A DNA stretch of 64,000 nucleotides from Minisyncoccota bacterium (GCA_028716745.1 JAQUPE010000001.1:30203-94202); one strand, 5' to 3'. Positions 11,586 through 20,952 are shown, counted from the first letter of the stretch. Numbers and translations: made by a program. The notes: generated from the letters alone by a model not told the origin.

Positions 11586-11960
11586 ATGGGTTTGTACAAG
11601 CCGCAAAATATAAGTAAGTTCGTCTATTGGACGCCAAGAATACTGTCAATATTATTTATTCTTTTTTTGGCAATGTTTTCTTTGGATATTTTTGGAAATG
11701 GATACACATTTTGGCAGACAATTTTAGGATTGTTTATGCATAATATTCCGGTATTTATCTTATCGGCAGTTTTAATAATATCGTGGAAATACGAAATAAT
11801 TGGTGGAGTTGCCTTTATTTTGGCAGGATTACTATATGATTTTATGGGGCTTAAGGGCCCATTTGAGTGGTATAAGCTGTCCTGGATTTTAATAATATCC
11901 GGACCCGCATTTTTGATAGGAATTTTATTTATGATTAATTGGATAAAGAAAAATAAATAA
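11586..11960 (+). CDS. hypothetical integral membrane protein
   Basis: ORF, multiple hydrophobic helices. Confidence 0.4.
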   Translation: MGLYKPQNISKFVYWTPRILSILFILFLAMFSLDIFGNGYTFWQTILGLFMHNIPVFILSAVLIISWKYEIIGGVAFILAGLLYDFMGLKGPFEWYKLSWILIISGPAFLIGILFMINWIKKNK

Positions 11961-12002
11961 TTAAAGATCGCTTTATAGGAGATTATTTGATAAAATAAAA
12001 CA

Positions 12003-12434
12003 ATGGCTATTTTAAGCGATAGAGATAAAAAACAATTATTGCCGGCTTTTTTGTGGGCGGCTTTACTCACTGTTATTTCCTTAATTTGGTCGGTGGTATT
12101 GGCTTATGGCCTTACTGTTATAAGTGATAAGGGAAATATTGAAGGAATCGGAGCTATTTTGTTTGTGATAAGCATTCTTTTCCCGATTGTATATTATCCT
12201 CTTATTTTGTATTTCGCTTTAAAAAATATTTCTAAAAAATTACCAATGTATGAATATAGGCACAAATTATTTTTTTGCTCTTATATAGTAGGATTTTTAA
12301 TTATTATTGGAACAATAATTAGTTCTATATCTGAAAGAAAATTTGTTTTAGGCGAGATTGGTATTTTACCATTGATTATTTCTTTTATAGTCCCGGCTAT
12401 TTATAAGCCCAAAGATGATAGCTCTAGCAAATAA
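12003..12434 (+). CDS. hypothetical integral membrane protein
   Basis: ORF, multiple hydrophobic helices. Confidence 0.4.
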   Translation: MAILSDRDKKQLLPAFLWAALLTVISLIWSVVLAYGLTVISDKGNIEGIGAILFVISILFPIVYYPLILYFALKNISKKLPMYEYRHKLFFCSYIVGFLIIIGTIISSISERKFVLGEIGILPLIISFIVPAIYKPKDDSSSK

Positions 12435-12481
12435 ATTTTCCAAAATCGCCATGGTGGCGATTTTTTGTTATTATATAAAAT

Positions 12482-12934
12482 ATGAACAATAAAAAAGGAT
12501 TTTCTACATTAGAAGTAATTGTGTTGGCAGTCATTATTTTGGCTATAGGCGGGGGAGTTTATTATTGGCAAAACCAAAAAAATAATTCAGCAACCGAGCC
12601 ATTGGCTGGAGAGAATAAGAATATTTATACAAAGTGTTTTAAGCAAATATTTTCTGATAACAGCATTATTTCTGCTAAATTTACCTTTGCCGAGAATTCC
12701 GTTGAGGGTCCATTGTCTTATTTATGGGCGCAAAAAGATAATAGCATAGGTATTTTTAAGGGAATGTTGAAAGAGGGTCTTATTGTTGGGGATTATACTT
12801 TTATGTCTGAGGGTCAGGAATCTTTGGGAAAATCAGCTTTTCGTTATGATGGTAAGTCATTGATCCAGGGGTTCGGTCCTAACTTAGACGAGTTTAGCGG
12901 GGCAGTTACTTTAAATGAGGTGCCTTGCGAGTAA
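12482..12934 (+). CDS. type IV pilin-like / pseudopilin protein
   Basis: N-terminus MNNKKGFSTLEVIVLAVIILAIGG matches the prepilin cleavage/methylation motif (G|FSTLE + hydrophobic helix). Confidence 0.6.
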   Translation: MNNKKGFSTLEVIVLAVIILAIGGGVYYWQNQKNNSATEPLAGENKNIYTKCFKQIFSDNSIISAKFTFAENSVEGPLSYLWAQKDNSIGIFKGMLKEGLIVGDYTFMSEGQESLGKSAFRYDGKSLIQGFGPNLDEFSGAVTLNEVPCE

Positions 12935-12960
12935 TAATTTTCTTGGATTAATAATCAAAT

Positions 12961-13296
12961 ATGGCAGTTATTTTAACCGACGAAAATTTTGAAAAAGAAA
13001 TATCCAGCGCCGACAAACCGGCACTGGTTGATTTTTTTGCGCCATGGTGCGAGCCATGCAATATGCTTGCGCCGATACTAGAAAAGGTGGCTAAGGATTT
13101 GGAGGGGAAATTTATTTTTATGAAAGCTAATTTAGACGACGTTCCTTTGGCGGCTCAAAAGTTCGGAGTAGAGGTAATTCCAACAGTCATTTTATTTAGA
13201 GATAATAGGCCCATCAGCGGTTTTACCGGGTTGGCGCCGGAAGATGCCATTAAGGAATGGCTTGAAAAAATGATAAAAGAAAAAATAGTAATATAA
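12961..13296 (+). CDS. trxA: thioredoxin with atypical CEPC active site
   Basis: FFAPWCEPCNMLAPILEKVA thioredoxin-fold signature; 111 aa. Confidence 0.8.
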   Translation: MAVILTDENFEKEISSADKPALVDFFAPWCEPCNMLAPILEKVAKDLEGKFIFMKANLDDVPLAAQKFGVEVIPTVILFRDNRPISGFTGLAPEDAIKEWLEKMIKEKIVI

Positions 13297-13302
13297 ATAA
13301 TT

Positions 13303-13572
13303 ATGGAGGAAAATAATAAAGAAAAATTAATAAAAGAATACGTTGAATATGCTAAAAGCAACGGCATCCAATTAAATCCCGACGCAAGAGTTGTCGAGGG
13401 GATAGTCGGCGGTTTATTAAAGAACGAAGAAAAATATGGAAAAAGGTATTGTCCGTGCAGGAGAGTTTCCGGAAACCAAGAGGAGGATTTAAAGAAGATT
13501 TGTCCCTGCTATTATCACAAGGGCGAAATTGAAAAAGACGGACGCTGTTTTTGCGGATTATTTGTAAAGTAA
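13303..13572 (+). CDS. ferredoxin-thioredoxin reductase catalytic-subunit-like protein
   Basis: CPC-x14-CPC-x12-CFC spacing resembles the FTR catalytic chain CPC..CPC..CHC cluster; 89 aa; immediately downstream of thioredoxin. Confidence 0.5.
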   Translation: MEENNKEKLIKEYVEYAKSNGIQLNPDARVVEGIVGGLLKNEEKYGKRYCPCRRVSGNQEEDLKKICPCYYHKGEIEKDGRCFCGLFVK

Positions 13573-13578
13573 TTTTAA

Positions 13579-14040
13579 ATGGCATTAAAAGTTCCTTTCT
13601 ATAAACAAAGCGCTAATTATACATGCGGTCCCACCTGCCTACAGATGGTTTTTAAGTTTAACGGAATATTTAAAAGCGAGAAAAAGTTAGCCAAAGAGGC
13701 TCATACGCGCTCTCGGCATGGAACATATCGTCGGCATATGGCAGAAGCAGCGCGTAAAAATGGATTTTTTTGTTTTATTAAAAGCGGTTCTTCTCTTAAA
13801 GATATTGAAAAATTTATAAGGCTAAAATTTCCTATAATAGTTTATTTTATTGAACCCGCAGATAATATTGAGCATTATGCCGTAATTATAGGGTTGGATA
13901 AAAATAAAATTATTATGAACGATCCCTGGAACGGAAAGGGATTTAAAATGAATAAAATGGAATTTTTATCAAGATGGAAAAGCGAAAATGGCAGAATAAA
14001 TAAATGGATGATGGTTGCCTCAAAAACCGGATTTAATTGA
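13579..14040 (+). CDS. peptidase C39-like (papain-fold) domain protein
   Basis: YKQSANYTCGPTCLQMVF resembles the C39 Q..CGxxCLxM catalytic region; downstream His (EHYAVII) and Asp/Asn (NDPWNG). Confidence 0.5.
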   Translation: MALKVPFYKQSANYTCGPTCLQMVFKFNGIFKSEKKLAKEAHTRSRHGTYRRHMAEAARKNGFFCFIKSGSSLKDIEKFIRLKFPIIVYFIEPADNIEHYAVIIGLDKNKIIMNDPWNGKGFKMNKMEFLSRWKSENGRINKWMMVASKTGFN

Positions 14041-14070
14041 AAAATAACGCCATTTGTTTTATAATATATC

Positions 14071-14143
14071 CGCGGGATGGAGCAGTAGTTAGCTCGTCTG
14101 GCTCATAACCAGAAGGTCGTTGGTGCAATTCCAACTCCCGCAA
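14071..14143 (+). tRNA. initiator tRNA-fMet (CAT)
   Basis: cgcggga...gctcataacc...tcccgcaa; C1:A72 mismatch and three G-C pairs in the anticodon stem typical of the bacterial initiator; closely resembles the E. coli tRNA-fMet sequence. Confidence 0.85.
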
Positions 14144-14299
14144 CCGCGAAAAATGCGCTAAAGCGCATCTCGCGGCAGGCCATCAGAAATGGACTGACGC
14201 GGAATAAGCCCCCACAATTGTGGGGGGTTTATTTTATGCGAGCCCCGCGATAAAATCCTCAGATTTTATTTTGCGGGGCAAGTAATTTATAATTTAGTA

Positions 14300-14563
14300 A
14301 TGCATTATGTATATTTGTTAGAAAATATTGAAAATAAAAATTGGTATATAGGATTCACAGAAAACATTAAGAGAAGACTATTTGAGCATAATAATGGAAG
14401 GGGCGGACGGACAACAAGAATTGGTAAATCATGGAAAATGATATATTGCGAGGTTTATTTGAATAAAGAAGATGCTGTGGGTAGAGAGAAATTTTTAAAG
14501 GGTGGATCTGGAAGAAAATATTTAAAAAAGCAGTTGACTCATTATTTAAAAAATATAGAATAG
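14300..14563 (+). CDS. GIY-YIG nuclease domain protein
   Basis: YVYLLEN...WYIGFTENIKRRLFEHN = GIY-YIG motif; 87 aa. Confidence 0.7.
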   Translation: MHYVYLLENIENKNWYIGFTENIKRRLFEHNNGRGGRTTRIGKSWKMIYCEVYLNKEDAVGREKFLKGGSGRKYLKKQLTHYLKNIE

Positions 14564-14645
14564 TTTGACTTTTTATGTAAAATGTTTTAATATAAATATA
14601 ATTTGTAAGTTGACAGCATAATACAATCAAGTAAGGGGAGGGCGG

Positions 14646-15200
14646 ATGTTAAAGGGAGTAAAGAAGGTTTCAAAGGAGTACCATTCTCGGATCGGAAGCG
14701 AAATAGAAAAAAGGAGGGGTTCGGAATTTACCTATGAGGACATTACCAAGGCAACGGGGCTAGGCGTTAATACGGTTTGCTGCTGCCTTTCGCAATTCCT
14801 CAGGAAGGGGTTTCTCAACCGCGTTGGCCGTATAACCAGGAAGCCGAGAAATCTCAGGCTTTCCATATTTCGGCAAAGAAAACCTTTGCTGAAAATCGCT
14901 CCCGCAGGAAACGTCGCCGAAGAAGTCTGGCAGATATTCCAGGGCGTTCTGGAAAAAGAAGGCAGCCACTCATACATTTCCGCAAAGGAAATATGGGAAA
15001 GGACAAATGGCTGCAACAGAAAGAGCGTTCGGGGAGTGGTGTCCAGATTGTACTTATTAGGGTACCTCGAGAGATGGAAATCAAAATATTGCCTGAAGGC
15101 GCAGTATAGAGGCATGTCTAGACCTCTCGTGGTCAGCAAGCCCAAATACATCACCGTCCCGCTGGTGCAGCCGCAATACGCAGCCGCGGTCTCCCAGTAG
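14646..15200 (+). CDS. high-G+C hypothetical protein with two winged-helix-like segments (KYCLK motif)
   Basis: Strong SD ggggagggcggATG; ...RLYLLGYLERWKSKYCLK shared with the next gene. Confidence 0.45.
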   Translation: MLKGVKKVSKEYHSRIGSEIEKRRGSEFTYEDITKATGLGVNTVCCCLSQFLRKGFLNRVGRITRKPRNLRLSIFRQRKPLLKIAPAGNVAEEVWQIFQGVLEKEGSHSYISAKEIWERTNGCNRKSVRGVVSRLYLLGYLERWKSKYCLKAQYRGMSRPLVVSKPKYITVPLVQPQYAAAVSQ

Positions 15201-15227
15201 TTTCAGAGTTTTTTAAAAGTTTCACTC

Positions 15228-15260
15228 CCGCGTCACAAGCGCGGGATTTTTTTGTTTTAA
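15228..15260 (+). terminator. rho-independent terminator
   Basis: cccgcgtcacaagcgcggga + T-run. Confidence 0.55.
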
Positions 15261-15398
15261 AAAAGTTATTAACATATTGATTTATTTCAGCGTTAACGTA
15301 TATTTTTCTAGTGAAGTTATGAAAAATTTATTTTTGCAATAACTTAATAATAAATTAGTTTTTTTAAAGATTATTTTGGATGGAAAAGGAGGCGGTGA

Positions 15399-15788
15399 AT
15401 GCAAAGCGACTGTGTCGAAGGTTCTAAATCCCTCAAAGGGGGATATGTTCCTTTGAGGGAAGGGCTGGATTTCAAAGGCAGCGCTGTGGGAGTTGTCCGG
15501 ATGATTTTTCAGGAAATCGACAGGCCTCTTTTTGAAGAGGATATTCTCTGCTATGCCGAGATTTTTTCAAAAAAGAAATTCGGTGCGGCAAGAATAAAAA
15601 CTGCAATTTCCTGCCTGAATCAACAGGGCGCTTTTGAAAGAATCGGAAATAAATATTGTTTGAAAAGCGAATTTTCAAACAAAAAAGTTTCCGAAACAGC
15701 AGGAAAGAAGACAAAGGAAGTTGTCGTGGAGGCGACAGAGTTGGCCAGCGTTGGTTTGGCGTTAACCAGCGCCCCCGTGACGGCCTGA
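15399..15788 (+). CDS. high-G+C hypothetical winged-helix-like protein, paralog of 14646..15200
   Basis: SD aaaaggaggcggtgaATG; ...QQGAFERIGNKYCLK shared motif. Confidence 0.45.
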   Translation: MQSDCVEGSKSLKGGYVPLREGLDFKGSAVGVVRMIFQEIDRPLFEEDILCYAEIFSKKKFGAARIKTAISCLNQQGAFERIGNKYCLKSEFSNKKVSETAGKKTKEVVVEATELASVGLALTSAPVTA

Positions 15789-15950
15789 ATTAATACTCGA
15801 TTTGGTATCCTCGTTGCACAGCAGCGCGAGGATATTTTTTTACCTAAATATTGCCTGTACATTATAAGTTACTATTAACATATGCTATACAAGTTAAAAA
15901 CGCGTTTAATTTGTCAAAACCCGCTTAATTCATTATTATTTTAAATAAGA

Positions 15951-16023
15951 GCCGGCGTAGCTCAGTGGTTAGAGCGAGCGCTTCATAAGCGTTAGGTCGG
16001 TAGTTCAATTCTACCCGCCGGCA
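15951..16023 (+). tRNA. tRNA-Met (CAT), elongator type (could be tRNA-Ile lysidine)
   Basis: gccggcg..gctcagtggttagagc..agcgc-ttCATaa-gcgtt..ggtag-ttcaatt-ctacc-cgccggc-a. Confidence 0.8.
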
Positions 16024-16072
16024 CAGATAACTTTTTGTAAAAGACCCACAAATCTCTTATACTTTTAATATT

Positions 16073-16741
16073 GTGATAAAGAGCCATCCGATTAGATTTA
16101 TAATCATATTTTTGATATTGGCGGCAGCCGCCTTTGTTTTATTTGATAAGAAAAACACAACGGTTTATTCAATTCCATTTTTATCAATGGAAGAGAAGAA
16201 TAGCATGGCGGGAACGCTGGATAAGGTTAGAGAGGCCGGAGGAGAGGGGGTCGATGTTGTTTCCGAAAAAGCTACTCAGGCTAAAGATGCGGTAATAAAT
16301 AAGGGCAATGAAGTTGTTTCTGGCGCTGTGAAGGCAGTTAAAAAACAGGCTTTTGATTTATTTAAAAAAACAGTAAATGAAGAAATAGATAACTTAGGCA
16401 AGGATTTGAAAGTGGAGTCCAGGGCTCCTTCTTCAATAGATAATACGGCTAGCATTATAAATGTAGCGGGCGGGAGCGATTCAGTAGAAACTCATCCGGA
16501 GGTGATTTTTTCAATACAGCCTAATTCTTTGGCTTATTTTACGATTAAAAATATTGAAGAAGAAAATATAAAATTTGAAATTAATTGGCAGGATGGCGAA
16601 TCTAAGAACGGGACGATAAATAAGGGAGATACCATGATTTTATCCCATGGATGGAGCAAAAGCGGCAATTATTTGGTAGAATTCAAGATAATCACAACAA
16701 AAGAAACGAAGGGATATAATATCCCGGTAACAATATTTTAA
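16073..16741 (+). CDS. hypothetical membrane-anchored protein (GTG start)
   Basis: ORF with N-terminal transmembrane helix. Confidence 0.4.
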   Translation: MIKSHPIRFIIIFLILAAAAFVLFDKKNTTVYSIPFLSMEEKNSMAGTLDKVREAGGEGVDVVSEKATQAKDAVINKGNEVVSGAVKAVKKQAFDLFKKTVNEEIDNLGKDLKVESRAPSSIDNTASIINVAGGSDSVETHPEVIFSIQPNSLAYFTIKNIEEENIKFEINWQDGESKNGTINKGDTMILSHGWSKSGNYLVEFKIITTKETKGYNIPVTIF

Positions 16742-16743
16742 AT

Positions 16744-17766
16744 ATGGGAACAAAGGTTCAAGAAATAAAAAATAAGTTTTTAAAAGCAATTGAGGGGATT
16801 AAAGACGCAAAGTCCCTGGAGGATCTTCGTATTCAATATCTTGGACGAAAGGGGGAGATAACTAATTTATTAAAGCATTTGAAGGATATGTCTTTAGAAG
16901 AAAGACGGCATGCTGGTCCGATGATTCAGCGTTTAAAAATAGAAACCGAAGAATTGCTTAATAAAAAATTATCGGATTTGGCAAAAAGCAGAGGAGATAT
17001 TTCGGAAATAGACATTACAATTCCGGGAAAGAAAATAACAGTTGGGCATTACCATCCTTTATCTATAGTGGAGAAAGATATTCGCAGGATTTTTAAGGCG
17101 ATGAATTTTTCAATTGTTGATGGCCCGGAGATTGAAACTGAATATTATAATTTTGACGCTTTGAATATTCCCAAGAGTCATCCTGCGCGTGATATGTGGG
17201 ATACTTTTTGGCTTAAGCAGTCCGTCCCGGATCCAAGATTATTATTAAGGACGCACACTTCGCCGGTGCAGATACGTTATATGGAAACGCATGAACCGCC
17301 GTTTCAGATAATCGTTCCTGGAAAAACTTTTAGGTTTGAAGCGACAGATGCTTCTCACGAAATAGTTTTTCATCAGGTGGAGGGATTAATGGTTGGTAAA
17401 GATGTCAGTTTGGCAAATTTTAAATTTGTTATTCAGGAATTTTTTAAGAGGCTTTTCGGAAAAAATTTAGAGGTCAGATTCAGGCCGAGTTATTTTCCGT
17501 TTGTTGAGCCTGGATTAGAGGTGGATTTACAGTGCGTAAAATGCGGAGGGAAGGGATGCAATATTTGCGGAAACAGCGGCTGGCTGGAAATCATGGGCGC
17601 CGGGATGGTTCATCCTAAGGTGTTTGAGGCCGCCCACTATAATCCGCGCGAATGGCAGGGATTTGCCTTTGGTTTTGGTCTGGAAAGGATAGCTATGATT
17701 AAATACAATATTCCGGATATAAGACTGTTTAATTCCGGAGATTTGAGGTTTATTAACCAATTTTAA
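16744..17766 (+). CDS. pheS: phenylalanine--tRNA ligase alpha subunit
   Basis: Class II aaRS motifs; FRPSYFPFVEPGLEVD; 340 aa. Confidence 0.93.
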   Translation: MGTKVQEIKNKFLKAIEGIKDAKSLEDLRIQYLGRKGEITNLLKHLKDMSLEERRHAGPMIQRLKIETEELLNKKLSDLAKSRGDISEIDITIPGKKITVGHYHPLSIVEKDIRRIFKAMNFSIVDGPEIETEYYNFDALNIPKSHPARDMWDTFWLKQSVPDPRLLLRTHTSPVQIRYMETHEPPFQIIVPGKTFRFEATDASHEIVFHQVEGLMVGKDVSLANFKFVIQEFFKRLFGKNLEVRFRPSYFPFVEPGLEVDLQCVKCGGKGCNICGNSGWLEIMGAGMVHPKVFEAAHYNPREWQGFAFGFGLERIAMIKYNIPDIRLFNSGDLRFINQF

Positions 17767-17769
17767 ATT

Positions 17770-18138
17770 ATGGAAAATTATAAAGTAGAAAAAGAAAAAT
17801 CTTTATTAGAAAGAACAAGAGAAGAATTTGTGGAAAAGATTAAGGCCGAAAAAGAAAAAGGAGAAGACAGGGGAAATCTTGATTTGTTGGGTATTAATCC
17901 CGACAGCATTACTGAAGAAGATGCCAAGCTTTGGAATAGGCTTAAAAATGTATCTACCTTGGAAGAAGGAATGAAAATTAAAAATGAATTAATGAGGGCT
18001 CAGTTTGAGGCTGTGTCTAAGTCTGCTAATTTGACATCGCCATTTTGGGCTTATTTTGCGAATCAAGTAACGGGCATAGTTCAAAAGATGGAGCTTGATG
18101 AGTTGTATGGGCCAGAAGAAAAGAAGCAGCCAAAATAA
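17770..18138 (+). CDS. hypothetical charged protein between pheS and pheT
   Basis: 122-aa ORF tightly packed between pheS and pheT. Confidence 0.4.
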   Translation: MENYKVEKEKSLLERTREEFVEKIKAEKEKGEDRGNLDLLGINPDSITEEDAKLWNRLKNVSTLEEGMKIKNELMRAQFEAVSKSANLTSPFWAYFANQVTGIVQKMELDELYGPEEKKQPK

Positions 18139-18141
18139 ATT

Positions 18142-20115
18142 ATGAAATTTAATTTTTCTTTAATTAAAAAATTAGCGCCTGGAAATTACAGCAAGGCGGA
18201 ATTGGTGGAGAAGCTAAACACTTATTCTTTTGAGACTGTCGATTTGGGCGGAGATGTTTTGGATATTTCAATTACTCCAAATCGTTATGCCGATGCCGCG
18301 TCGCATTTTGGAATAGCGCGCGAAGTAGCAGCTATTTATGGGTCTTCTTTGAAGCTTCCGGATATAAATAAGCTTAAATTTGATTTTAAGGACGAAGGGA
18401 TGTTTTCGATAAATATTAAAGAGAAAAAAATGTGCCCTCGTTATATGGCCTGCTATGTGACTGACGTTAAAATAGGTCCTTCGCCGAAATGGATAAAAGA
18501 AATTTTGGAAAGCTGCGGATTGCGTTCAATAAATAATGTTGTCGATGTCATGAACTATGTGATGATTGAAACAGGCCAGCCGCTGCATGCTTTTGATGCG
18601 GAAAAAGTCAGCGGGGGAATAATCGTCAGGCGGGCCGAAGAAAAAGAAATTATTAAAACAATAGATGATCAGGAATTTACTTTAAATAAAAATGTTTTGG
18701 TAATTTCTGATACCGAAAGGGCATTGGCGATAGCTGGAATTAAGGGCGGAAAGTTTAGCGAGGTGACAATGAATACCAAAAAACTTTTGGTGGAAGCGGC
18801 TAATTTTGAAGGAACCTCAATATATAATTCTTCGCGCCAGCTTAATTTAAAAACCGATGCATCGGTTGTCTTTTCTCATAATTTGAGCCCCGAGCTTACG
18901 GAAATCGGAATGAAAAGAGCTTTGCAATTATTAAAAGAATTGGCTGGGGCAAAAATTTTCAGAATTGACGATGTTTATCCTAAAAAACAGCCGAAGAAAA
19001 TTATTAAATTAGAATTGGCCAAGCTAGACAAGCTGATAGGGGTGAAATTTAAGGAGGCAGATATAAGCAAAACCTTAAAGGCGCTCGGATTTTCTCTGTA
19101 TAAAAAAATGTGGGTAGTTCCTCCTTTAAGGATGGACATTAATAATTTTGAGGATATAGCCGAAGAAGTGGTGAGATTTATGAATTATAATAAGCTTCCG
19201 TTTACTCCTCCTCATGTTTCGATGGGGGTTGCCGAAGAAGATGAAATAATAGTTTTAAAGGACAAAATAAGGAAGTTTTTGACAGGAACCGGGTTTAGCG
19301 AGGTTTATAATTATTCTTTTTCGTCTAAAGAGGAAATGAATTCGGCGCCGACCGATGTTTTTGGCACTTCAAAATCAATAGCTATGGCAAATCCTATCAG
19401 CAGCCAGATGGCATTTTTGCGCGACAGCTTGGCGCCCGGTTTGCAGAAAAATTTGAAAGATAATTTAAGATTTTATGAAGAGGTAAGAATATTTGAAATA
19501 GGAAAAATATTCGGCGAGCTTGAGAGCGGGCAGGCGCGAGAAAAATTATCCTTAGGAATAGCTATATCTTCAAAAAATAATATATTTGAACTCAAGGGGT
19601 TGATAGATGCTCTGTTTGGAGAGCTGGGCCTTATAGATTATTTCATGCCTGATCTTGATTTGCCGTCCAGACTTTTGAAGTCCGGAGGAGCTTTAAGAAT
19701 TGAAACCGGCGACCATGTTGTTTTGGGCTATATCGGTTTAATTAATGGGCAGAGAAGATCGGCAATTATTGAATTGAATTTGGAAAAATTATTGGAAGCG
19801 GTAGTGGAAGAAAAAGAATATGAGCCGCCGTCTAAATATCCTTCTATTATAAGAGACATTTCATTATTGGTGCCGAAAACCGTGAGGGTAGGAGAGATTT
19901 TAAAGCTTATACAGGATGTCAGCCAGGAATTAGTTGACGATGTTGACTTGGTGGACTTCTATGAAGATGAAAAGCTTGGAGAGGGGAGAAAAAGCCTGAC
20001 TTTTAGGATAGTTTTTCTTTCTGAAGACAGAACATTGACTGATGATGAGGTAAACAAAGAGATGGCTATGATTAATCAGGTGATAGAGGAGAAGTTTGAC
20101 GCCGAATTAAGGTAG
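18142..20115 (+). CDS. pheT: phenylalanine--tRNA ligase beta subunit (short form lacking N-terminal tRNA-binding domain)
   Basis: B3/B4, B5 and FDX-ACB-like regions; follows pheS; 657 aa. Confidence 0.85.
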   Translation: MKFNFSLIKKLAPGNYSKAELVEKLNTYSFETVDLGGDVLDISITPNRYADAASHFGIAREVAAIYGSSLKLPDINKLKFDFKDEGMFSINIKEKKMCPRYMACYVTDVKIGPSPKWIKEILESCGLRSINNVVDVMNYVMIETGQPLHAFDAEKVSGGIIVRRAEEKEIIKTIDDQEFTLNKNVLVISDTERALAIAGIKGGKFSEVTMNTKKLLVEAANFEGTSIYNSSRQLNLKTDASVVFSHNLSPELTEIGMKRALQLLKELAGAKIFRIDDVYPKKQPKKIIKLELAKLDKLIGVKFKEADISKTLKALGFSLYKKMWVVPPLRMDINNFEDIAEEVVRFMNYNKLPFTPPHVSMGVAEEDEIIVLKDKIRKFLTGTGFSEVYNYSFSSKEEMNSAPTDVFGTSKSIAMANPISSQMAFLRDSLAPGLQKNLKDNLRFYEEVRIFEIGKIFGELESGQAREKLSLGIAISSKNNIFELKGLIDALFGELGLIDYFMPDLDLPSRLLKSGGALRIETGDHVVLGYIGLINGQRRSAIIELNLEKLLEAVVEEKEYEPPSKYPSIIRDISLLVPKTVRVGEILKLIQDVSQELVDDVDLVDFYEDEKLGEGRKSLTFRIVFLSEDRTLTDDEVNKEMAMINQVIEEKFDAELR

Positions 20116-20154
20116 CATTGACCAGCGGATTAAAATAATATAATATTTAAACTT

Positions 20155-20484
20155 ATGTTAATGATCAGATTACAGCGCAGAGGCAAAAAACACCAGGCGA
20201 CTTTTCGTTTGGTTGTCGGCGAAAAAAGATCAAAACTTAAAGGCGAGCAGCTTGAAGAATTAGGCTGGTTTGACCCTAACCAAAATAAATCTAGTTTTAA
20301 TAAAGAAAGAATTTCTTATTGGCTTGGAGTTGGCGCGAAATTATCAGTAACTGCTAACAATGTTTTGGTAGACGCCAAAGTTATCAATGGAAAGAAATTA
20401 GCGGCTCATAAAAACTCTAAAAAGAAAGAAGGGGAGAAAGAAGCTGCAAAACCGGCTGAAGCAGCAGCTGCTCCAGCAGCGTAA
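20155..20484 (+). CDS. rpsP: 30S ribosomal protein bS16 with Lys/Ala-rich C-terminal tail
   Basis: MLMIRLQRRGKKHQATFRLVV. Confidence 0.9.
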   Translation: MLMIRLQRRGKKHQATFRLVVGEKRSKLKGEQLEELGWFDPNQNKSSFNKERISYWLGVGAKLSVTANNVLVDAKVINGKKLAAHKNSKKKEGEKEAAKPAEAAAAPAA

Positions 20485-20487
20485 ATA

Positions 20488-20516
20488 TTGACAAAATAGC
20501 AAATTTCTGCTATAAT
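20488..20516 (+). promoter_or_regulatory. consensus sigma70 promoter TTGACA-N17-TATAAT
   Basis: ttgaca(20488-20493), 17-nt spacer, tataat(20511-20516), between rpsP and the KH gene. Confidence 0.55.
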
Positions 20517-20584
20517 TCAGTTATTAAAAAGTAAATCAGTAATACAAGAAAGGTCGTAAGAAAAGTAATTTAAGCGATTCTGAA

Positions 20585-20896
20585 ATGACAAAAAATCCAT
20601 CAGATCAGGAATTCTTGGAATTTCTCGTGAAATCCATCGTAGAAAATCCTGACAAGGTACAAGTGGAACGCAAAGTTGATGAAATGGGCGTGCTCCTTAC
20701 TTTAAAGGTTGCTGCTCAGGACATGGGCTTAATTGTTGGCCGTGAAGGTTCAACAGCTAAAGCCATCCGTTCCCTCTTGAGGATAGTCGGTATTAGAAAT
20801 AATGCCCGCGTTAATCTCAAGATTGAAGAGCCGGAGGGTTCTACTCGCGCTCCTAGAGAGCCGAGAAGCGAAGCCCCTTCCGATTCCAAATTCTAA
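20585..20896 (+). CDS. KH-domain RNA-binding protein (YlqC/UPF0109-like)
   Basis: Conserved position between rpsP and trmD; KH fold motifs (VGRxxxxGREG-like LIVGREGSTAKAIRSLL). Confidence 0.7.
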   Translation: MTKNPSDQEFLEFLVKSIVENPDKVQVERKVDEMGVLLTLKVAAQDMGLIVGREGSTAKAIRSLLRIVGIRNNARVNLKIEEPEGSTRAPREPRSEAPSDSKF

Positions 20897-20907
20897 GATT
20901 TAGAAAA

Positions 20908-20936
20908 CAAAAAACTCCGCAATGCGGAGTTTTTTG
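20908..20936 (+). terminator. rho-independent terminator (actccgc-aat-gcggagt + T-run)
   Basis: same CCGCAATGCGG core as the terminators at 5105 and 29499. Confidence 0.6.
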
Positions 20937-20952
20937 ATATAATAAAACCTAT

